In this document: piece by piece, positions 15,460-26,008 of the stretch
Layout of the letters: every line of letters begins with the position of its first letter
How positions within the stretch are numbered: the first letter of the stretch is position 1
From: Candidatus Dadabacteria bacterium
GTDB lineage: Bacteria > Desulfobacterota_D > UBA1144 > Nemesobacterales > JAJCZQ01
Direction of reading: 5' to 3'
Assembly (NCBI GenBank): GCA_030624695.1
Contig: JAUXJP010000001.1
Location: 1 to 26,189, forward strand
DNA length: 26,189 nucleotides
Program-made: the position numbers and the translations under genes
The notes under the pieces: generated by a model
Seen by the model: only the letters and a program-made list of their open reading frames with translations
What the model was told of the DNA's origin: nothing
Databases searched by the model: none

Positions 15460-18204
15460 TTAATTTAAATGCTTTTTCAAATATTGGGCTGTATGGGAAT
15501 TTTTTGATTTAAGTATCTCCAAAGGAGTTCCCTCGGCAACTATATTGCCTCCGTTTTCACCCCCATCGGGGCCAAGGTCGATAATATAATCTGCTGATTT
15601 AATCACATCAAGGTTGTGTTCAATAACTATCAGGGTGTTTCCATTGTCTACAAGCTTGTTTAGCACATATAGGAGTTTATTTATATCCTCACTGTGCAGG
15701 CCTACGGTAGGTTCGTCCAGTATGTAAAGTACACCGCTTGCTGTTTTGCGTGATAGTTCCCTTGCGATCTTTATTCTCTGGGCTTCACCCCCGGAAAGTG
15801 TAAGTGCAGATTGACCAAGCCTTAGATAGCCAAGGCCTACGTCCTGCAGGATTTTTAACATCCTTACTATCTTATGATGTTCGAAAAAAAATATTACCGC
15901 ATTATCTACAGTAAGGTTTAATATTTCGTCAATGTTTTTACCATTATACTTATAGCCAAGTATATCTTTCTTAAATCTTTTACCGTTGCATTCCTCACAA
16001 GTAACGATTACATCTGCAAGAAAAAGCATTTCTATCTTTTGTCTACCCTCACCCTGGCAGCTCTCACAGCGTCCGTTTTTAACATTAAAAGAAAAGTGTG
16101 AAGGAGTAAATCCTTTTAGTTTTGCCCGCATGGGAGAGGAAATAACTTTTCTTATTTCATCATATACTTTTATATAGGTTACGGGATTTGATCTTCCCGA
16201 CCTTCCAATAGGAGACTGATCAATGAGAATAATGTCCGATATAAAGTTGTCGCCTTTTATCTTATCTACCTTACCGGGTTTTTCCTTTTCACTTCTAAAT
16301 TTTCTAATCAGGTTTTTGTAAATTACATCGTTTACGAGTGAACTCTTTCCTGATCCGGATACACCTGTGACGCACGTAAATTTACCAATTGGTATAGAAG
16401 CATCGATGTTCTTTAGATTGTTTTCTTTTGCCCCTGATATGGTTAGATACTTACTTTTTCCATTTCTTAATCCTTTGTTTTGTTCTATATATTTTTCACC
16501 GGAAAGATATTGCCTGGTATAAGAATCTGTTTTAGATCTGATAAAATTTTTGACCCGGCCAATATATACTATTTCCCCTCCGTGTTCTCCTGCTTCAGGC
16601 CCGAGTTCTATAATATTGTCGGCAGCCATTACCATATCGTGATCATGTTCTACAACAAGGATTGTATTGTTACGGGATTTGAGTTCAAAAATAATTGATA
16701 TCAACTGGTTTATATCTTTTGGGTGAAGCCCTATAGAAGGTTCATCAAGTACGTAAAGTGTTTCAGTAAGTTTGGAACCCAGTTGGCAAGCGAGGTTGAC
16801 TCTTTGGCTTTCACCACCAGACAGTGTCCTGGAGAGCCTGGATAAAGTAAGGTAGCCAAGCCCCACTTTTATAAGGAATTCGGACCTGGAAAGTATTTCA
16901 TTTATAATATCTTCAGATATAGATTTGTCATATTCCGAGAGGTCCAGATTCATGAAAAAATCATAAAACCTGTATATGGTTATTTCAGAAAGTTCATGGA
17001 TATTTTTATTGTTTACCCTTATGAATAAGGACTGTTCTTTTAATCTGCTTCCATTACAAGATTCACATTTAACTGAGGACCTGTATCTGCTCAGGAAAAC
17101 CCTTACATGCATTTTGTAACTTTTTTTTTCAAGACGCTTGAAAAAACCGTTAACGCCCTTGTAGTTATTTTTACCATTAAATACAAGTTCTTTTTGTTTA
17201 TTGGTTAATTGACAGAATTTTTTGGAAGTATCAATGCTGTTTTCTTCCGCAAACTCTATAAGCCGCCTCATGTGTATTTTATAAGAAGGCTTGGTAAATG
17301 GTTCAATTGCTCCATTTTTTATGCTGAGTTCGGGATTTGGAATAACAAGTTCAGGGTCAATCTCCAGATTGTTTCCGAAACCATTACATTCGGGGCAGGC
17401 ACCCTGGGGACTGTTAAATGATAAAGATGCAGGTGTTGGTTTTACAAACTTAAAATTACAGTCTGTGCATTCAAAACCGTCTGTATAGTTGTAAATCTTG
17501 CCCTCTACAATGGTTACAAATAAACTATTTGATTCCTTAAAGGCAATTTCCAAAGCTTCAATCAACCTTGACCTGGAATCTGTATCAAGTAAGACCCTGT
17601 CAATAATTAGCTGGGCATTTACCGGAAATGAATCAATATCCTCAAGTTCAATGTAATCTGAATCCGCATAAGCCCTGCTAAAACCCTTTGCAAGATAGTT
17701 TGCCGGACTGAAACCTTCTTTTACCGGTACAGAGATTATACATTTTTTTCCGTTTTCGTTTTTATATGTTTTTTCTGCAATAATATCCGGTGTGTATTTT
17801 ACTATTTCTTTGCTGCATCCGGGGCAAAAGATCTTTCCTATTTTTGAAAATAGTACCCTCAGGTAGTCGTTAATTTCTGTTGTTGTCCCGACTGTGGAAC
17901 GGGAGTTTCTTATAGTGTTTTTACTTTCTATAGCTATTGCAGTTGGAAGGCCTTTAATATCGTCTACGTCCGGGCGGTCTACACGTTCAAGGAACTGTCT
18001 TGCATATGTTGAAAGACATTCAATGTACCGCCTTAGCCCCTCGGAGTAGACTGTGTCGAGTGCGAGTGATGATTTGCCCGAACCGCTAAGCCCGGTAACC
18101 ACGGTATATTCACCTCTTGGTATTTTTACATCAATATCCTTTAGGTTGTTTTCCCTTGCTCCGCTGACCTCTATGTATTCCTTTTTAATTGTTTTCGATG
18201 TCAT
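15460..18204 (-). CDS. uvrA: Excinuclease ABC subunit A (UvrA family, divergent copy)
   Basis: Two ABC ATPase modules (GARENNLK/TGLSGSGKSS and GAKENNLK/TGVSGSGKSS), LSGGESQR and LSGGEAQR, LDEPS/LDEPT, and Zn-binding CxxC pairs. Confidence 0.95.
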   Translation of the reverse strand: MTSKTIKKEYIEVSGARENNLKDIDVKIPRGEYTVVTGLSGSGKSSLALDTVYSEGLRRYIECLSTYARQFLERVDRPDVDDIKGLPTAIAIESKNTIRNSRSTVGTTTEINDYLRVLFSKIGKIFCPGCSKEIVKYTPDIIAEKTYKNENGKKCIISVPVKEGFSPANYLAKGFSRAYADSDYIELEDIDSFPVNAQLIIDRVLLDTDSRSRLIEALEIAFKESNSLFVTIVEGKIYNYTDGFECTDCNFKFVKPTPASLSFNSPQGACPECNGFGNNLEIDPELVIPNPELSIKNGAIEPFTKPSYKIHMRRLIEFAEENSIDTSKKFCQLTNKQKELVFNGKNNYKGVNGFFKRLEKKSYKMHVRVFLSRYRSSVKCESCNGSRLKEQSLFIRVNNKNIHELSEITIYRFYDFFMNLDLSEYDKSISEDIINEILSRSEFLIKVGLGYLTLSRLSRTLSGGESQRVNLACQLGSKLTETLYVLDEPSIGLHPKDINQLISIIFELKSRNNTILVVEHDHDMVMAADNIIELGPEAGEHGGEIVYIGRVKNFIRSKTDSYTRQYLSGEKYIEQNKGLRNGKSKYLTISGAKENNLKNIDASIPIGKFTCVTGVSGSGKSSLVNDVIYKNLIRKFRSEKEKPGKVDKIKGDNFISDIILIDQSPIGRSGRSNPVTYIKVYDEIRKVISSPMRAKLKGFTPSHFSFNVKNGRCESCQGEGRQKIEMLFLADVIVTCEECNGKRFKKDILGYKYNGKNIDEILNLTVDNAVIFFFEHHKIVRMLKILQDVGLGYLRLGQSALTLSGGEAQRIKIARELSRKTASGVLYILDEPTVGLHSEDINKLLYVLNKLVDNGNTLIVIEHNLDVIKSADYIIDLGPDGGENGGNIVAEGTPLEILKSKNSHTAQYLKKHLN

Positions 18205-18911
18205 GTCAGTTTGAAGAGTCCTGATAATTCTAAAAGATTACTAACCTGTATCACTTTAATTCCTTCATAATTAATTCCGTCTTTATGGTTTATCCAGATT
18301 GTATCTATTCCTGCATTCCTAGCACCCAAAATGTCGGCCCCATATAAATCGCCGATATGCAGTATATCCTTTGTATCAATGCCGAGCTTCTCTGATGCAA
18401 GTAAAAAAATATCTTTATCAGGTTTAATTATGTTTACATTTGTCGAATCGATTATTAGTTCAAAATATTTTGCGATCCCGAGTTGTTCACACTTCTCTGT
18501 TGTTTTTCCATCATTATTGGAAATCACTGCCAGTTTGAACCCGGATTTACTCAGATCTTTCAGGAGTTCTTCTGCACCGGGCAGGAGTTGTCTTTTATAT
18601 CCTGATTTAGCCATTTTACGGTTTATATGATTCCAGGCTTCCTCAGTTTCCATATTTATACCAAGTTCACGTAAAATAATTGAAATTATTTTTTTTTGAT
18701 AAATGGCAGATGAAATTATCTGATCATCAAAATACTCTTTGTAAATAATATAATCTGCATACTGAAATGCCCTGAAATACTGCTTTTCGGTAAACTCAAA
18801 ACTTATCTCACAAAGGGCTATTCTTATCCTGTCCGGGTATGTTGGAACTGTGGAAGCAATGGTATCTCCAAAATCGAAAAAGATTGCTTTTTTATTTTTA
18901 ATATCGATCAT
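18201..18911 (-). CDS. HAD-superfamily hydrolase, subfamily IA
   Basis: Motif I FFDFGDT, motif II ISNND, KP, and motif IV HIGD.YGADILGA. ATGA overlap with uvrA. Confidence 0.9.
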   Translation of the reverse strand: MIDIKNKKAIFFDFGDTIASTVPTYPDRIRIALCEISFEFTEKQYFRAFQYADYIIYKEYFDDQIISSAIYQKKIISIILRELGINMETEEAWNHINRKMAKSGYKRQLLPGAEELLKDLSKSGFKLAVISNNDGKTTEKCEQLGIAKYFELIIDSTNVNIIKPDKDIFLLASEKLGIDTKDILHIGDLYGADILGARNAGIDTIWINHKDGINYEGIKVIQVSNLLELSGLFKLT

Positions 18912-18976
18912 TGCAGTATGAAAATATTAATGATTGTAATGAATAGTCAAAATCTTTGTTCCTAAAGCCCGATTTC

Positions 18977-19005
18977 TTGCTAACAAGGATAAATTAAGAT
19001 ACCAT
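18977..19005 (+). promoter_or_regulatory. Putative sigma70 promoter for the glyA operon
   Basis: TTGCTA, 17-nt spacer, TACCAT. SD GGAGG at 19020-19024. Confidence 0.5.
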
Positions 19006-19031
19006 TTCCTTCACATTTCGGAGGTAAAAAT

Positions 19032-20279
19032 ATGTCTGAATTAGAAAAAATTGATCCTGAAATCGCCAGTGTAATTAAATCTGAAATAGAAAGACAGGAA
19101 TGGAAACTGGAACTTATTGCATCTGAGAACTATGTGAGTGATGCCGTGATGGAGGCTTTGGGTTCTGTTCTTACAAATAAGTATGCAGAAGGGTTACCTG
19201 GAAAAAGATATTACGGTGGTTGTGAATATGTTGATATTGCTGAAGACCTTGCAAGGGAAAGGGCAATAAAACTTTTTGGAGCGGATGCAGTTAATGTACA
19301 GCCTCATTCCGGGGCACAGGCAAACATGGCAGTATTTTTTGCCGCGGTAAAACCCGGCGATACCGTACTTGGAATGAACCTTGCCCATGGCGGCCACCTT
19401 ACACATGGAAGCAGTGTGAATTTCTCAGGACGATTATACAATATTGTCCCCTACGGTGTTACTGAAGACACAAATTTAATTGATTATGATGAAGTTAGAA
19501 AAATCGCCGTTGAAAATAATCCGAAACTTATTATTGTTGGTTGGAGTGCTTACCCAAGGGATATTGATTTTAAGAAATTCAGAGATATTGCCGATGAATG
19601 CGGAGCACTTCTGATGGCTGATATAGCACATCCTGCGGGCCTTGTTATTGCAGGCCTTTATTCCGACCCTATACCACACTGTGATTTTGTAACTACAACA
19701 ACACATAAAACACTCCGCGGCCCAAGAGGTGGTATGGTAATGATGAAGGAAGAACATGCAAAAGTAATTAACAGTAGGGTATTCCCGGGCACACAGGGCG
19801 GCCCATTAATGCATGTAATTGCTGCAAAGGCCGTAGCTTTCCAGGAAGCTTTACAGCCTGGATTCATCGATTACCAGAAGCAGATAGTAAAAAACGCAAA
19901 AAGAATGGGCGATAAATTAATGCAAAGCGGATTTAAACTGGTATCAGGCGGTACTGATACCCATCTTGTACTAGTTGATTTAAGAGATACAGATATTACG
20001 GGCCATATTGCAGAAGAATCACTGGATAAAGCAGGTATAACAGTAAATAAGAATGCCGTACCATTTGACCCACGGCCCCCGGCAGTAGCAAGCGGCATCA
20101 GGATCGGCACACCGGCAATTACCACTAGGGGAATGAAAGAAGATGAGATGGATACTGTTGCAGGCTGGATAACTGAAGCTTTTGAGAACCATGATAATGA
20201 TGCAGTACTTAGCAGGATTAAAAATGAAGTGAAAGATCTTTGCACCAATTTCCCAGTCTATGGGCACAAGTTGGTATAA
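19032..20279 (+). CDS. glyA: Serine hydroxymethyltransferase
   Basis: [40 protein letters not shown], and PLP-lysine [14 protein letters not shown]. Confidence 0.99.
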   Translation: MSELEKIDPEIASVIKSEIERQEWKLELIASENYVSDAVMEALGSVLTNKYAEGLPGKRYYGGCEYVDIAEDLARERAIKLFGADAVNVQPHSGAQANMAVFFAAVKPGDTVLGMNLAHGGHLTHGSSVNFSGRLYNIVPYGVTEDTNLIDYDEVRKIAVENNPKLIIVGWSAYPRDIDFKKFRDIADECGALLMADIAHPAGLVIAGLYSDPIPHCDFVTTTTHKTLRGPRGGMVMMKEEHAKVINSRVFPGTQGGPLMHVIAAKAVAFQEALQPGFIDYQKQIVKNAKRMGDKLMQSGFKLVSGGTDTHLVLVDLRDTDITGHIAEESLDKAGITVNKNAVPFDPRPPAVASGIRIGTPAITTRGMKEDEMDTVAGWITEAFENHDNDAVLSRIKNEVKDLCTNFPVYGHKLV

Positions 20280-20353
20280 AACCTGTTATCATTGAATTGA
20301 TGTAAATATTTTATTTTCAAAAATTCTTCAAATTGGCGGGGTAAAAAACAGCT

Positions 20354-20815
20354 ATGAAATGTCCCTTTTGCAGTTTTTTAGACAGTAAGGTTGTCGATTC
20401 AAGGAACGGTAAAGACGGTACTTCTATCAGAAGGCGCCGTGAATGCCTTAAATGCAATCGCCGTTTTACTACATATGAAAGAATCGAAGAAATAAACCTT
20501 GTTATTGTAAAAAAGGACGGCCGTAGAGAGGGCTTTGACAGGTCCAAAATAATAGATGGCCTTGAAAAGGCTTGTGAAAAGAGGCCTATAAGTGTTGAGC
20601 TTATTGAGAACCTCGTATCGGACCTGGAACGCGAACTCCAGGAAACAGGCGAAAGAGAAGTTAACAGCAATGTAATAGGCGAGATACTGATAAGTAAACT
20701 CTATGAGATTGATGAAGTTGCTTATGTAAGATTTGCTTCGGTTTACAGGTCATTTAAAGATGTAAACCAGTTTATGGATGAATTGAAGGAACTTTTAAAG
20801 GAGAAGGACGAGTAA
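20354..20815 (+). CDS. nrdR: Transcriptional repressor NrdR
   Basis: [34 protein letters not shown] cone VKKDGRRE.F, and [10 protein letters not shown]. Confidence 0.98.
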   Translation: MKCPFCSFLDSKVVDSRNGKDGTSIRRRRECLKCNRRFTTYERIEEINLVIVKKDGRREGFDRSKIIDGLEKACEKRPISVELIENLVSDLERELQETGEREVNSNVIGEILISKLYEIDEVAYVRFASVYRSFKDVNQFMDELKELLKEKDE

Positions 20816-20833
20816 CTGCTTTTGTATTGAATA

Positions 20834-21595
20834 ATGCTTATAGATACCCACGCACACCTTGTTTCACTTGAAGACCCTGATGAAGCTGTTCAAAGGGCAA
20901 CTGATAATGGTATTATAAAAATTATCTCAATGGCTACCGGGCTGGATTCCTGCTACACAACATTAGAGATTGCAAAGAAATATGAACAGGTATATGCTGC
21001 AGTTGGCATTCACCCTCACTCAGCATCAAGTTATACAGCTGAAGTTATAAATGAAATTGAGAGTCTTACAAGTGAAGACAAGGTAGTTGCAGTTGGTGAG
21101 ACAGGGCTTGATTACCATTATATGAATTCACCTAAAGAGATTCAGATTGAATCCTTTAGCGCACACGTGGATATGGCTACCAGATTAAAACTGCCTTTTG
21201 TTGTCCATGTAAGGGATGCTGATGATGACATGATTGAAATTCTTTCAACTGCAAATTTAAATGAAAATCCTGGTGTTATTCATTGCTTCTCCGGCAACTG
21301 GGAAACGGCACAAAAATATCTTGATCTTGGATTCTTTATTTCCTTTTCCGGTATAGTGACCTTCAACAGGGCTGAGGAACTAAGAGAAGCTGCTAAGAAT
21401 GTACCTTTTGACAGGATATTGATTGAAACGGATTCCCCGTATCTTGCACCCGTGCCTCACAGGGGAAAACCAAACGAGCCAGCTAATGTAAAGTATATAG
21501 CAGAGGTAGTTGCAAAGGTCAGGGATGTCGATATACTAACGCTTGAAAACCAGCTTCTTGAAAATACCAAAACACTTTTTTCTAATATTAATTAG
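20834..21595 (+). CDS. TatD-family DNase (YcfH-like)
   Basis: IDTHAH, VGIHPH, VGETGLDY, HVR, HCFSG and ETDSPYLAP. Confidence 0.95.
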   Translation: MLIDTHAHLVSLEDPDEAVQRATDNGIIKIISMATGLDSCYTTLEIAKKYEQVYAAVGIHPHSASSYTAEVINEIESLTSEDKVVAVGETGLDYHYMNSPKEIQIESFSAHVDMATRLKLPFVVHVRDADDDMIEILSTANLNENPGVIHCFSGNWETAQKYLDLGFFISFSGIVTFNRAEELREAAKNVPFDRILIETDSPYLAPVPHRGKPNEPANVKYIAEVVAKVRDVDILTLENQLLENTKTLFSNIN

Positions 21596-21609
21596 CATAT
21601 AATCATACT

Positions 21610-22557
21610 ATGGCCACAAAACCTTTAATAGGAATTACAATGGGTGATCCCAACGGGATCGGTCCGGAAATAATTGCTAAAGCTGTGCAAAGCAGCGAAG
21701 TTCTCAACATCTGCGAACCGGTAATCTATGCTTCACGTTCGGTATTAAGGAAAGCTGAACTTGCTTTCGGATTAACTATAGATTGTAAAATTGAAGATAA
21801 AGGGAATTTTAATGATCTTGAAGTAAATGCAGGTTCTATTGATAAAGAAGCCGGTGAAGCAAGTCTGTTTTTTATTGAAGAAGCTGTAAAAGATGCACTG
21901 GATAAAAAAATTGGTGCAGTTGTTACAGCCCCTATAAGTAAGGAATCTACGCATCTCTCAGGTTCCGTTTACCCGGGTCATACGGAAATGCTTAGAGACC
22001 TTACCGGTGCTGAAAATGTTGTAATGCTCTTTGAAGGTGGTCCATTCAAAGTAGCTCTCGCAACGATACACTGTGCATTGTCAGAGGTGCCAAATTTAAT
22101 TACAAAAGAAAAAATCCTGACCACTTTATCAGTATGTGATAAAGACCTTAGAGAAAAATACGGAATTGATAACCCCAGAATATCCGTCTGCGGTTTAAAC
22201 CCTCATGCCGGGGAAGCCGGAGCATTCGGCGACGAGGAAATCAATGAAATTATTCCTGCCGTAAAAGATGCTGTTAGCAATGGTATAAATGCTACCGGAC
22301 CATTGCCGGCAGATACTCTTTTTTACAGGGCCAACAGGGGGGAATGGGATTTGGTCTTAGCTATGTATCACGACCAGGGGTTAATACCGTTTAAGATGCT
22401 CGCATTTGATACGGGAGTAAATGTAACCCTCGGCCTGCCAATAGTCCGCACTTCACCTGATCACGGCACTGCTTTTGATATTGCCTGGAAGGGTACAGCA
22501 AAGCCTACTAGTATAATTGAAGCAATAAAGGCAGCAGTAAGGTTGATAAGGCAATAA
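21610..22557 (+). CDS. pdxA: 4-hydroxythreonine-4-phosphate dehydrogenase PdxA family
   Basis: TMGDPNGIGPE, PGHTE, GLNPHAGE, MYHDQG and RTSPDHGTA. Confidence 0.95.
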   Translation: MATKPLIGITMGDPNGIGPEIIAKAVQSSEVLNICEPVIYASRSVLRKAELAFGLTIDCKIEDKGNFNDLEVNAGSIDKEAGEASLFFIEEAVKDALDKKIGAVVTAPISKESTHLSGSVYPGHTEMLRDLTGAENVVMLFEGGPFKVALATIHCALSEVPNLITKEKILTTLSVCDKDLREKYGIDNPRISVCGLNPHAGEAGAFGDEEINEIIPAVKDAVSNGINATGPLPADTLFYRANRGEWDLVLAMYHDQGLIPFKMLAFDTGVNVTLGLPIVRTSPDHGTAFDIAWKGTAKPTSIIEAIKAAVRLIRQ

Positions 22558-22579
22558 TAAAATCCCTTTAACTCAGGTA

Positions 22580-23329
22580 TTAATTGTATGTTTCTGCAAT
22601 ATCGTAAAATAAAGGCAGGATTTCGCCTGATTTACCCTGGAGAGATATATTGTAAATTGCAGAATTTGGCGTCTCTTCAAGGTTTATTTCTATTACCTGT
22701 TTGCCTGACTGTTTTGCAAGAAGTCCCATAGACGCAGCAGGTTCTACAATCCCCGATGTCCCTATAATTAGCATCAAATCGGATTCTTCTATTGAGAGTA
22801 GAGCCTGGTCGATCATGTGCATTGGTATTATTTCTTCAAACCATACTACGTTGGGTCTGGTAATTTCTCCGCATTTATTACATTTGGGCGGGATTTCCGG
22901 TAATGGAACCTCGTAATTTTTATTTACCGTATCACATTTCTCACACCTTATTTCCCAGATATTGCCGTGCAGTTCCATAAGATTAATACTTCCTGCAATC
23001 TCATGAAGGCCGTCAATATTCTGTGTAATTAGTGTGAATTTTTCTTTTTGTCTTTCTATTTCTGCAAGTGCGTAGTGCCCCTGGTTTGGATTGGCCTTAT
23101 TGATAATTCTTCTTCTCCAGTCGTACCATTCCCATACAAGTCCCGGGTCTTTTTTAAATGCATGTGGTGAGGCTATGTCCTGGGGCCTGATGTTGTTCCA
23201 CATACCATCATTGTCCCTGAATGTGGGAATACCGCTTTCAGCAGAAATGCCTGCACCCGTCAGTACAGTTATCTTTGACGAGGTGTCAATTATCTGCTTT
23301 GCAGCCAGTATTTTTTCGTCTTGCCCCAT
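22580..23329 (-). CDS. cobB: NAD-dependent protein deacylase, class III sirtuin (CobB/Sir2)
   Basis: GAGISAESGIPTFR, TQNIDGLH, HG, CEKC...CNKC, RPNVVWF and GTSG.VEPAA. ATG 23329 is preferred; the ORF track starts at 23362. Confidence 0.95.
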   Translation of the reverse strand: MGQDEKILAAKQIIDTSSKITVLTGAGISAESGIPTFRDNDGMWNNIRPQDIASPHAFKKDPGLVWEWYDWRRRIINKANPNQGHYALAEIERQKEKFTLITQNIDGLHEIAGSINLMELHGNIWEIRCEKCDTVNKNYEVPLPEIPPKCNKCGEITRPNVVWFEEIIPMHMIDQALLSIEESDLMLIIGTSGIVEPAASMGLLAKQSGKQVIEINLEETPNSAIYNISLQGKSGEILPLFYDIAETYN

Positions 23330-23410
23330 GTAATAAAAGTAAAGCAATTTTTGGTTTATCAAAATGAAATTTTTACTAAATAAAAAAATAAATTTTGTTA
23401 TTTGCTTTTC

Positions 23411-23438
23411 TTGACAATTAATTCTTCATACTTAATCT
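23411..23438 (+). promoter_or_regulatory. Putative sigma70 promoter for nuoABCD
   Basis: Perfect TTGACA (23411-23416), 16-nt spacer, TAATCT (23433-23438). Confidence 0.45.
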
Positions 23439-23446
23439 TATAAGCT

Positions 23447-23803
23447 GTGTTGTCAGATTATTTACCGATTTTATTATTATTATTGTTCGCAATTTTCCTT
23501 GCCTCGTCACTGTTAACAATTTCTTTCCTGCTCGGCCCAAAAAGGCCCAAAGCAAGTAAATTGTCACCGTATGAGTCCGGGATTGTACCGGTCGGAGATG
23601 CAAGGGAAAAGTTTTCTATGAAGTATTATTTAATAGGAGCACTGTTTATCCTGTTTGATGTTGAAACTGCGTTTTTGTTTGTCTGGGCAGTTGTTTTTAA
23701 AGAGCTTGGGCTTTTTGCCTTTATAGAGATAGCTGTGTTCCTGATAGTGATACTTTGCGGATATTTTTATGTACTTAGAAAAGGAGTCCTCGAATGGGAA
23801 TAA
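23447..23803 (+). CDS. nuoA: NADH-quinone oxidoreductase subunit A
   Basis: Three TM helices, [23 protein letters not shown], and the end KGVLEWE. GTG start (or TTG at 23450). Confidence 0.96.
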   Translation: MLSDYLPILLLLLFAIFLASSLLTISFLLGPKRPKASKLSPYESGIVPVGDAREKFSMKYYLIGALFILFDVETAFLFVWAVVFKELGLFAFIEIAVFLIVILCGYFYVLRKGVLEWE

Positions 23804-24279
23804 ATGCAGCTCCCACAGCAGGTGGTGAAGGTTTTCTGACTACCACTGTAAACTCTGTTGCAAACTGGGGCAGAAAAAACAGCCTCTGGCCAATGCCATT
23901 TGGTACAGCTTGTTGTGCTATTGAAATGATGGGAGCGTTAGCTTCAAGGTTCGACCTATCAAGGTTTGGAGCAGAAGTTGCCAGGTTTTCGCCAAGGCAG
24001 GCCGACCTTATGATTGTCTCCGGGACTATTACTTACAAGATGGCTTCTGTATGCAGAAAAATATATGAACAGATGCCGGAGCCTAAATGGGTTATAGCAA
24101 TGGGATCCTGCACATGCGGTGGTGGCCCGTTTGACAGTTATGCAGTTGTGCAGGGTATTGATGAATTTTTGCCAGTCGATGTTTATATAGGAGGCTGTCC
24201 TCCAAGGCCTGAAGCACTTATTGATGCCGTAATTAAAATACAGAAAAAGATTGATATTGAAGGTGCACCGATTGTATGA
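23794..24279 (+). CDS. nuoB: NADH-quinone oxidoreductase subunit B
   Basis: [40 protein letters not shown] and [14 protein letters not shown]. Confidence 0.97.
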   Translation: MGINAAPTAGGEGFLTTTVNSVANWGRKNSLWPMPFGTACCAIEMMGALASRFDLSRFGAEVARFSPRQADLMIVSGTITYKMASVCRKIYEQMPEPKWVIAMGSCTCGGGPFDSYAVVQGIDEFLPVDVYIGGCPPRPEALIDAVIKIQKKIDIEGAPIV

Positions 24280-24788
24280 GCAATTTTTCTCTTGAGCAGT
24301 TAAACGGCAGACTGGAAAGTTACATCAAATCATCTTCAGAGTTCAGGGGAGAAACCACTTATTTTGTAGCTCCTGCTAAAATTGTTGAAATATTAAAAAT
24401 ACTTAAAGAAGAATTTGGGTTTACTTACCTTGTTGATTTAACTGCAGTAGATTTTCTGGGAATTAAAACTCCCCGGTTTGAAATTGTATATTATCTTCAC
24501 AGGTTTGGAGAAGAGTATGATGAGAATATCAGGGTAAGAATAAAAGCACAGATAACTGAAGAAAATGCTGCGATAGATTCTGTAACCTCTATATGGATAG
24601 GTGCTGACTGGCTTGAAAGAGAGGTCTTCGATATGTTTGGAATTGTTTTTAAAGGGCATCCGGATTTAAGACGAATTCTAATGCCGGAAGATTATGACGA
24701 ATACCCGCTGAGAAAAGACTTTGATGTACGAAACCGTGAACCTTCAAAAAAATCATTTCAAAAGGCGCTGCGTGAAGGTGGTTATTAA
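24276..24788 (+). CDS. nuoC: NADH-quinone oxidoreductase subunit C
   Basis: [39 protein letters not shown] and YPLRKDF. Confidence 0.97.
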   Translation: MSNFSLEQLNGRLESYIKSSSEFRGETTYFVAPAKIVEILKILKEEFGFTYLVDLTAVDFLGIKTPRFEIVYYLHRFGEEYDENIRVRIKAQITEENAAIDSVTSIWIGADWLEREVFDMFGIVFKGHPDLRRILMPEDYDEYPLRKDFDVRNREPSKKSFQKALREGGY

Positions 24789-26008
24789 TGGAAAGAGTTG
24801 AATTTGTAGAAGAACAAAGCAGCGACTCCAATCTAAGAAAAGAGTCAATGATCCTGAATATGGGCCCACAGCATCCCTCTACACACGGTGTTCTAAGGAT
24901 AGTCCTTTACCTTGATGGTGAAATAGTACAGGAAGCTGTTCCTTACATTGGATACCTTCACAGAGGTATTGAAAAACTGTGTGAAAATATTACTTATCAG
25001 CAATGCCTGCCTTATACCGACAGGATGGACTATCTCGCTTCTATTTGTAACAACATAGGTTTTATTCTCTCTGTTGAAAAACTCCTCGGCATCGAAGACG
25101 AAATACCTGATAGGGCAAAAGTAGCCGAAGTAATATTATTTGAACTTGGAAGAATAGAATCACATCTCGTGGGCATTGGGACCAACGCGATGGACCTGGG
25201 TGCGATGAGTGCATTTCTTTTCTGCTTCAAGGAGAGGGAAAGGGTATATGACATACTTGAGATAGTCTGTGGTGCAAGGCTTACAACCTCTTATCCAAGG
25301 GTTGGCGGACTTCCTGACGAACTCCCTGATAATTTTGAAGAAGCTATAAGAAATTTTTTAAAAATATTCCCAAAAACACTTGATGAAGTAGATAAACTTC
25401 TCACAAGAAACAGAATTTTTATTGAAAGGACAAAGGGTGTAGCAAAAATAAGCGCGGAAGAGGCAATCAACTTTGGCCTGACAGGGCCTAATCTAAGGGG
25501 TAGCGGCGTTCCCTTTGACCTTAGAAAATCAAACCCTTACCTGAATTATGACCATTATGATTTTGAAATTCCTGTTGCAACAGACGGTGATGCCTATTCA
25601 AGATTCCTATGCAGGTTCGAGGAGATGAGGCAAAGCCTGAAAATAATAGAACAGGCAATTGACAACCTTCCGGACGGCCCTTACATAGCAGATTTACCAG
25701 ACATAGTGCTTCCAGAAAAGCAGAAGGTTTATACACAGATGGAATCACTAATCAGGCATTTTGTGATAGTTTACAACGGGTTTAATACCCCTCCCGGAGA
25801 GATATATCACGGTGTTGAAAATCCCAAAGGAGAGCTTGGATATTACATTGTTAGCGATGGAACCGGTAAACCCTACAGGATACACGTCCGCGGCCCGTCT
25901 TTTGTAAACATGCAGGCACTACCAATGATGTCAAAAGGCAAACTTGTAGCCGACGTTATTGCCGCAATCGGAAGCATAGACATCGTACTTGGGGAAGTTG
26001 ATAGGTAG
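24788..26008 (+). CDS. nuoD: NADH-quinone oxidoreductase subunit D
   Basis: LNMGPQHPSTHGVLR, GYLHRG.EK, DRMDY, ENPKGELG, and the end VLGEVDR. Confidence 0.98.
   Translation: MERVEFVEEQSSDSNLRKESMILNMGPQHPSTHGVLRIVLYLDGEIVQEAVPYIGYLHRGIEKLCENITYQQCLPYTDRMDYLASICNNIGFILSVEKLLGIEDEIPDRAKVAEVILFELGRIESHLVGIGTNAMDLGAMSAFLFCFKERERVYDILEIVCGARLTTSYPRVGGLPDELPDNFEEAIRNFLKIFPKTLDEVDKLLTRNRIFIERTKGVAKISAEEAINFGLTGPNLRGSGVPFDLRKSNPYLNYDHYDFEIPVATDGDAYSRFLCRFEEMRQSLKIIEQAIDNLPDGPYIADLPDIVLPEKQKVYTQMESLIRHFVIVYNGFNTPPGEIYHGVENPKGELGYYIVSDGTGKPYRIHVRGPSFVNMQALPMMSKGKLVADVIAAIGSIDIVLGEVDR

Noticed and set aside
18912-18960. LexA/SOS box upstream of HAD-uvrA
   Set aside because: No CTGT-N8-ACAG or GAAC-N4-GTTC match seen; a lineage-specific box cannot be excluded.
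23469-23486. (TTA)n microsatellite-like run
   Set aside because: It encodes the Ile/Leu run of the first NuoA TM helix; not a repeat element.
1853-25748. Remaining short ORFs on the opposite strand or in alternate frames inside ychF, the ABC genes, pyrD, argJ, mgtE, ubiD, mqnE, uvrA, HAD, glyA, nrdR, pdxA, cobB and nuo genes
   Set aside because: Each is fully nested in a well-supported CDS and shows no recognisable motif or initiation signal.
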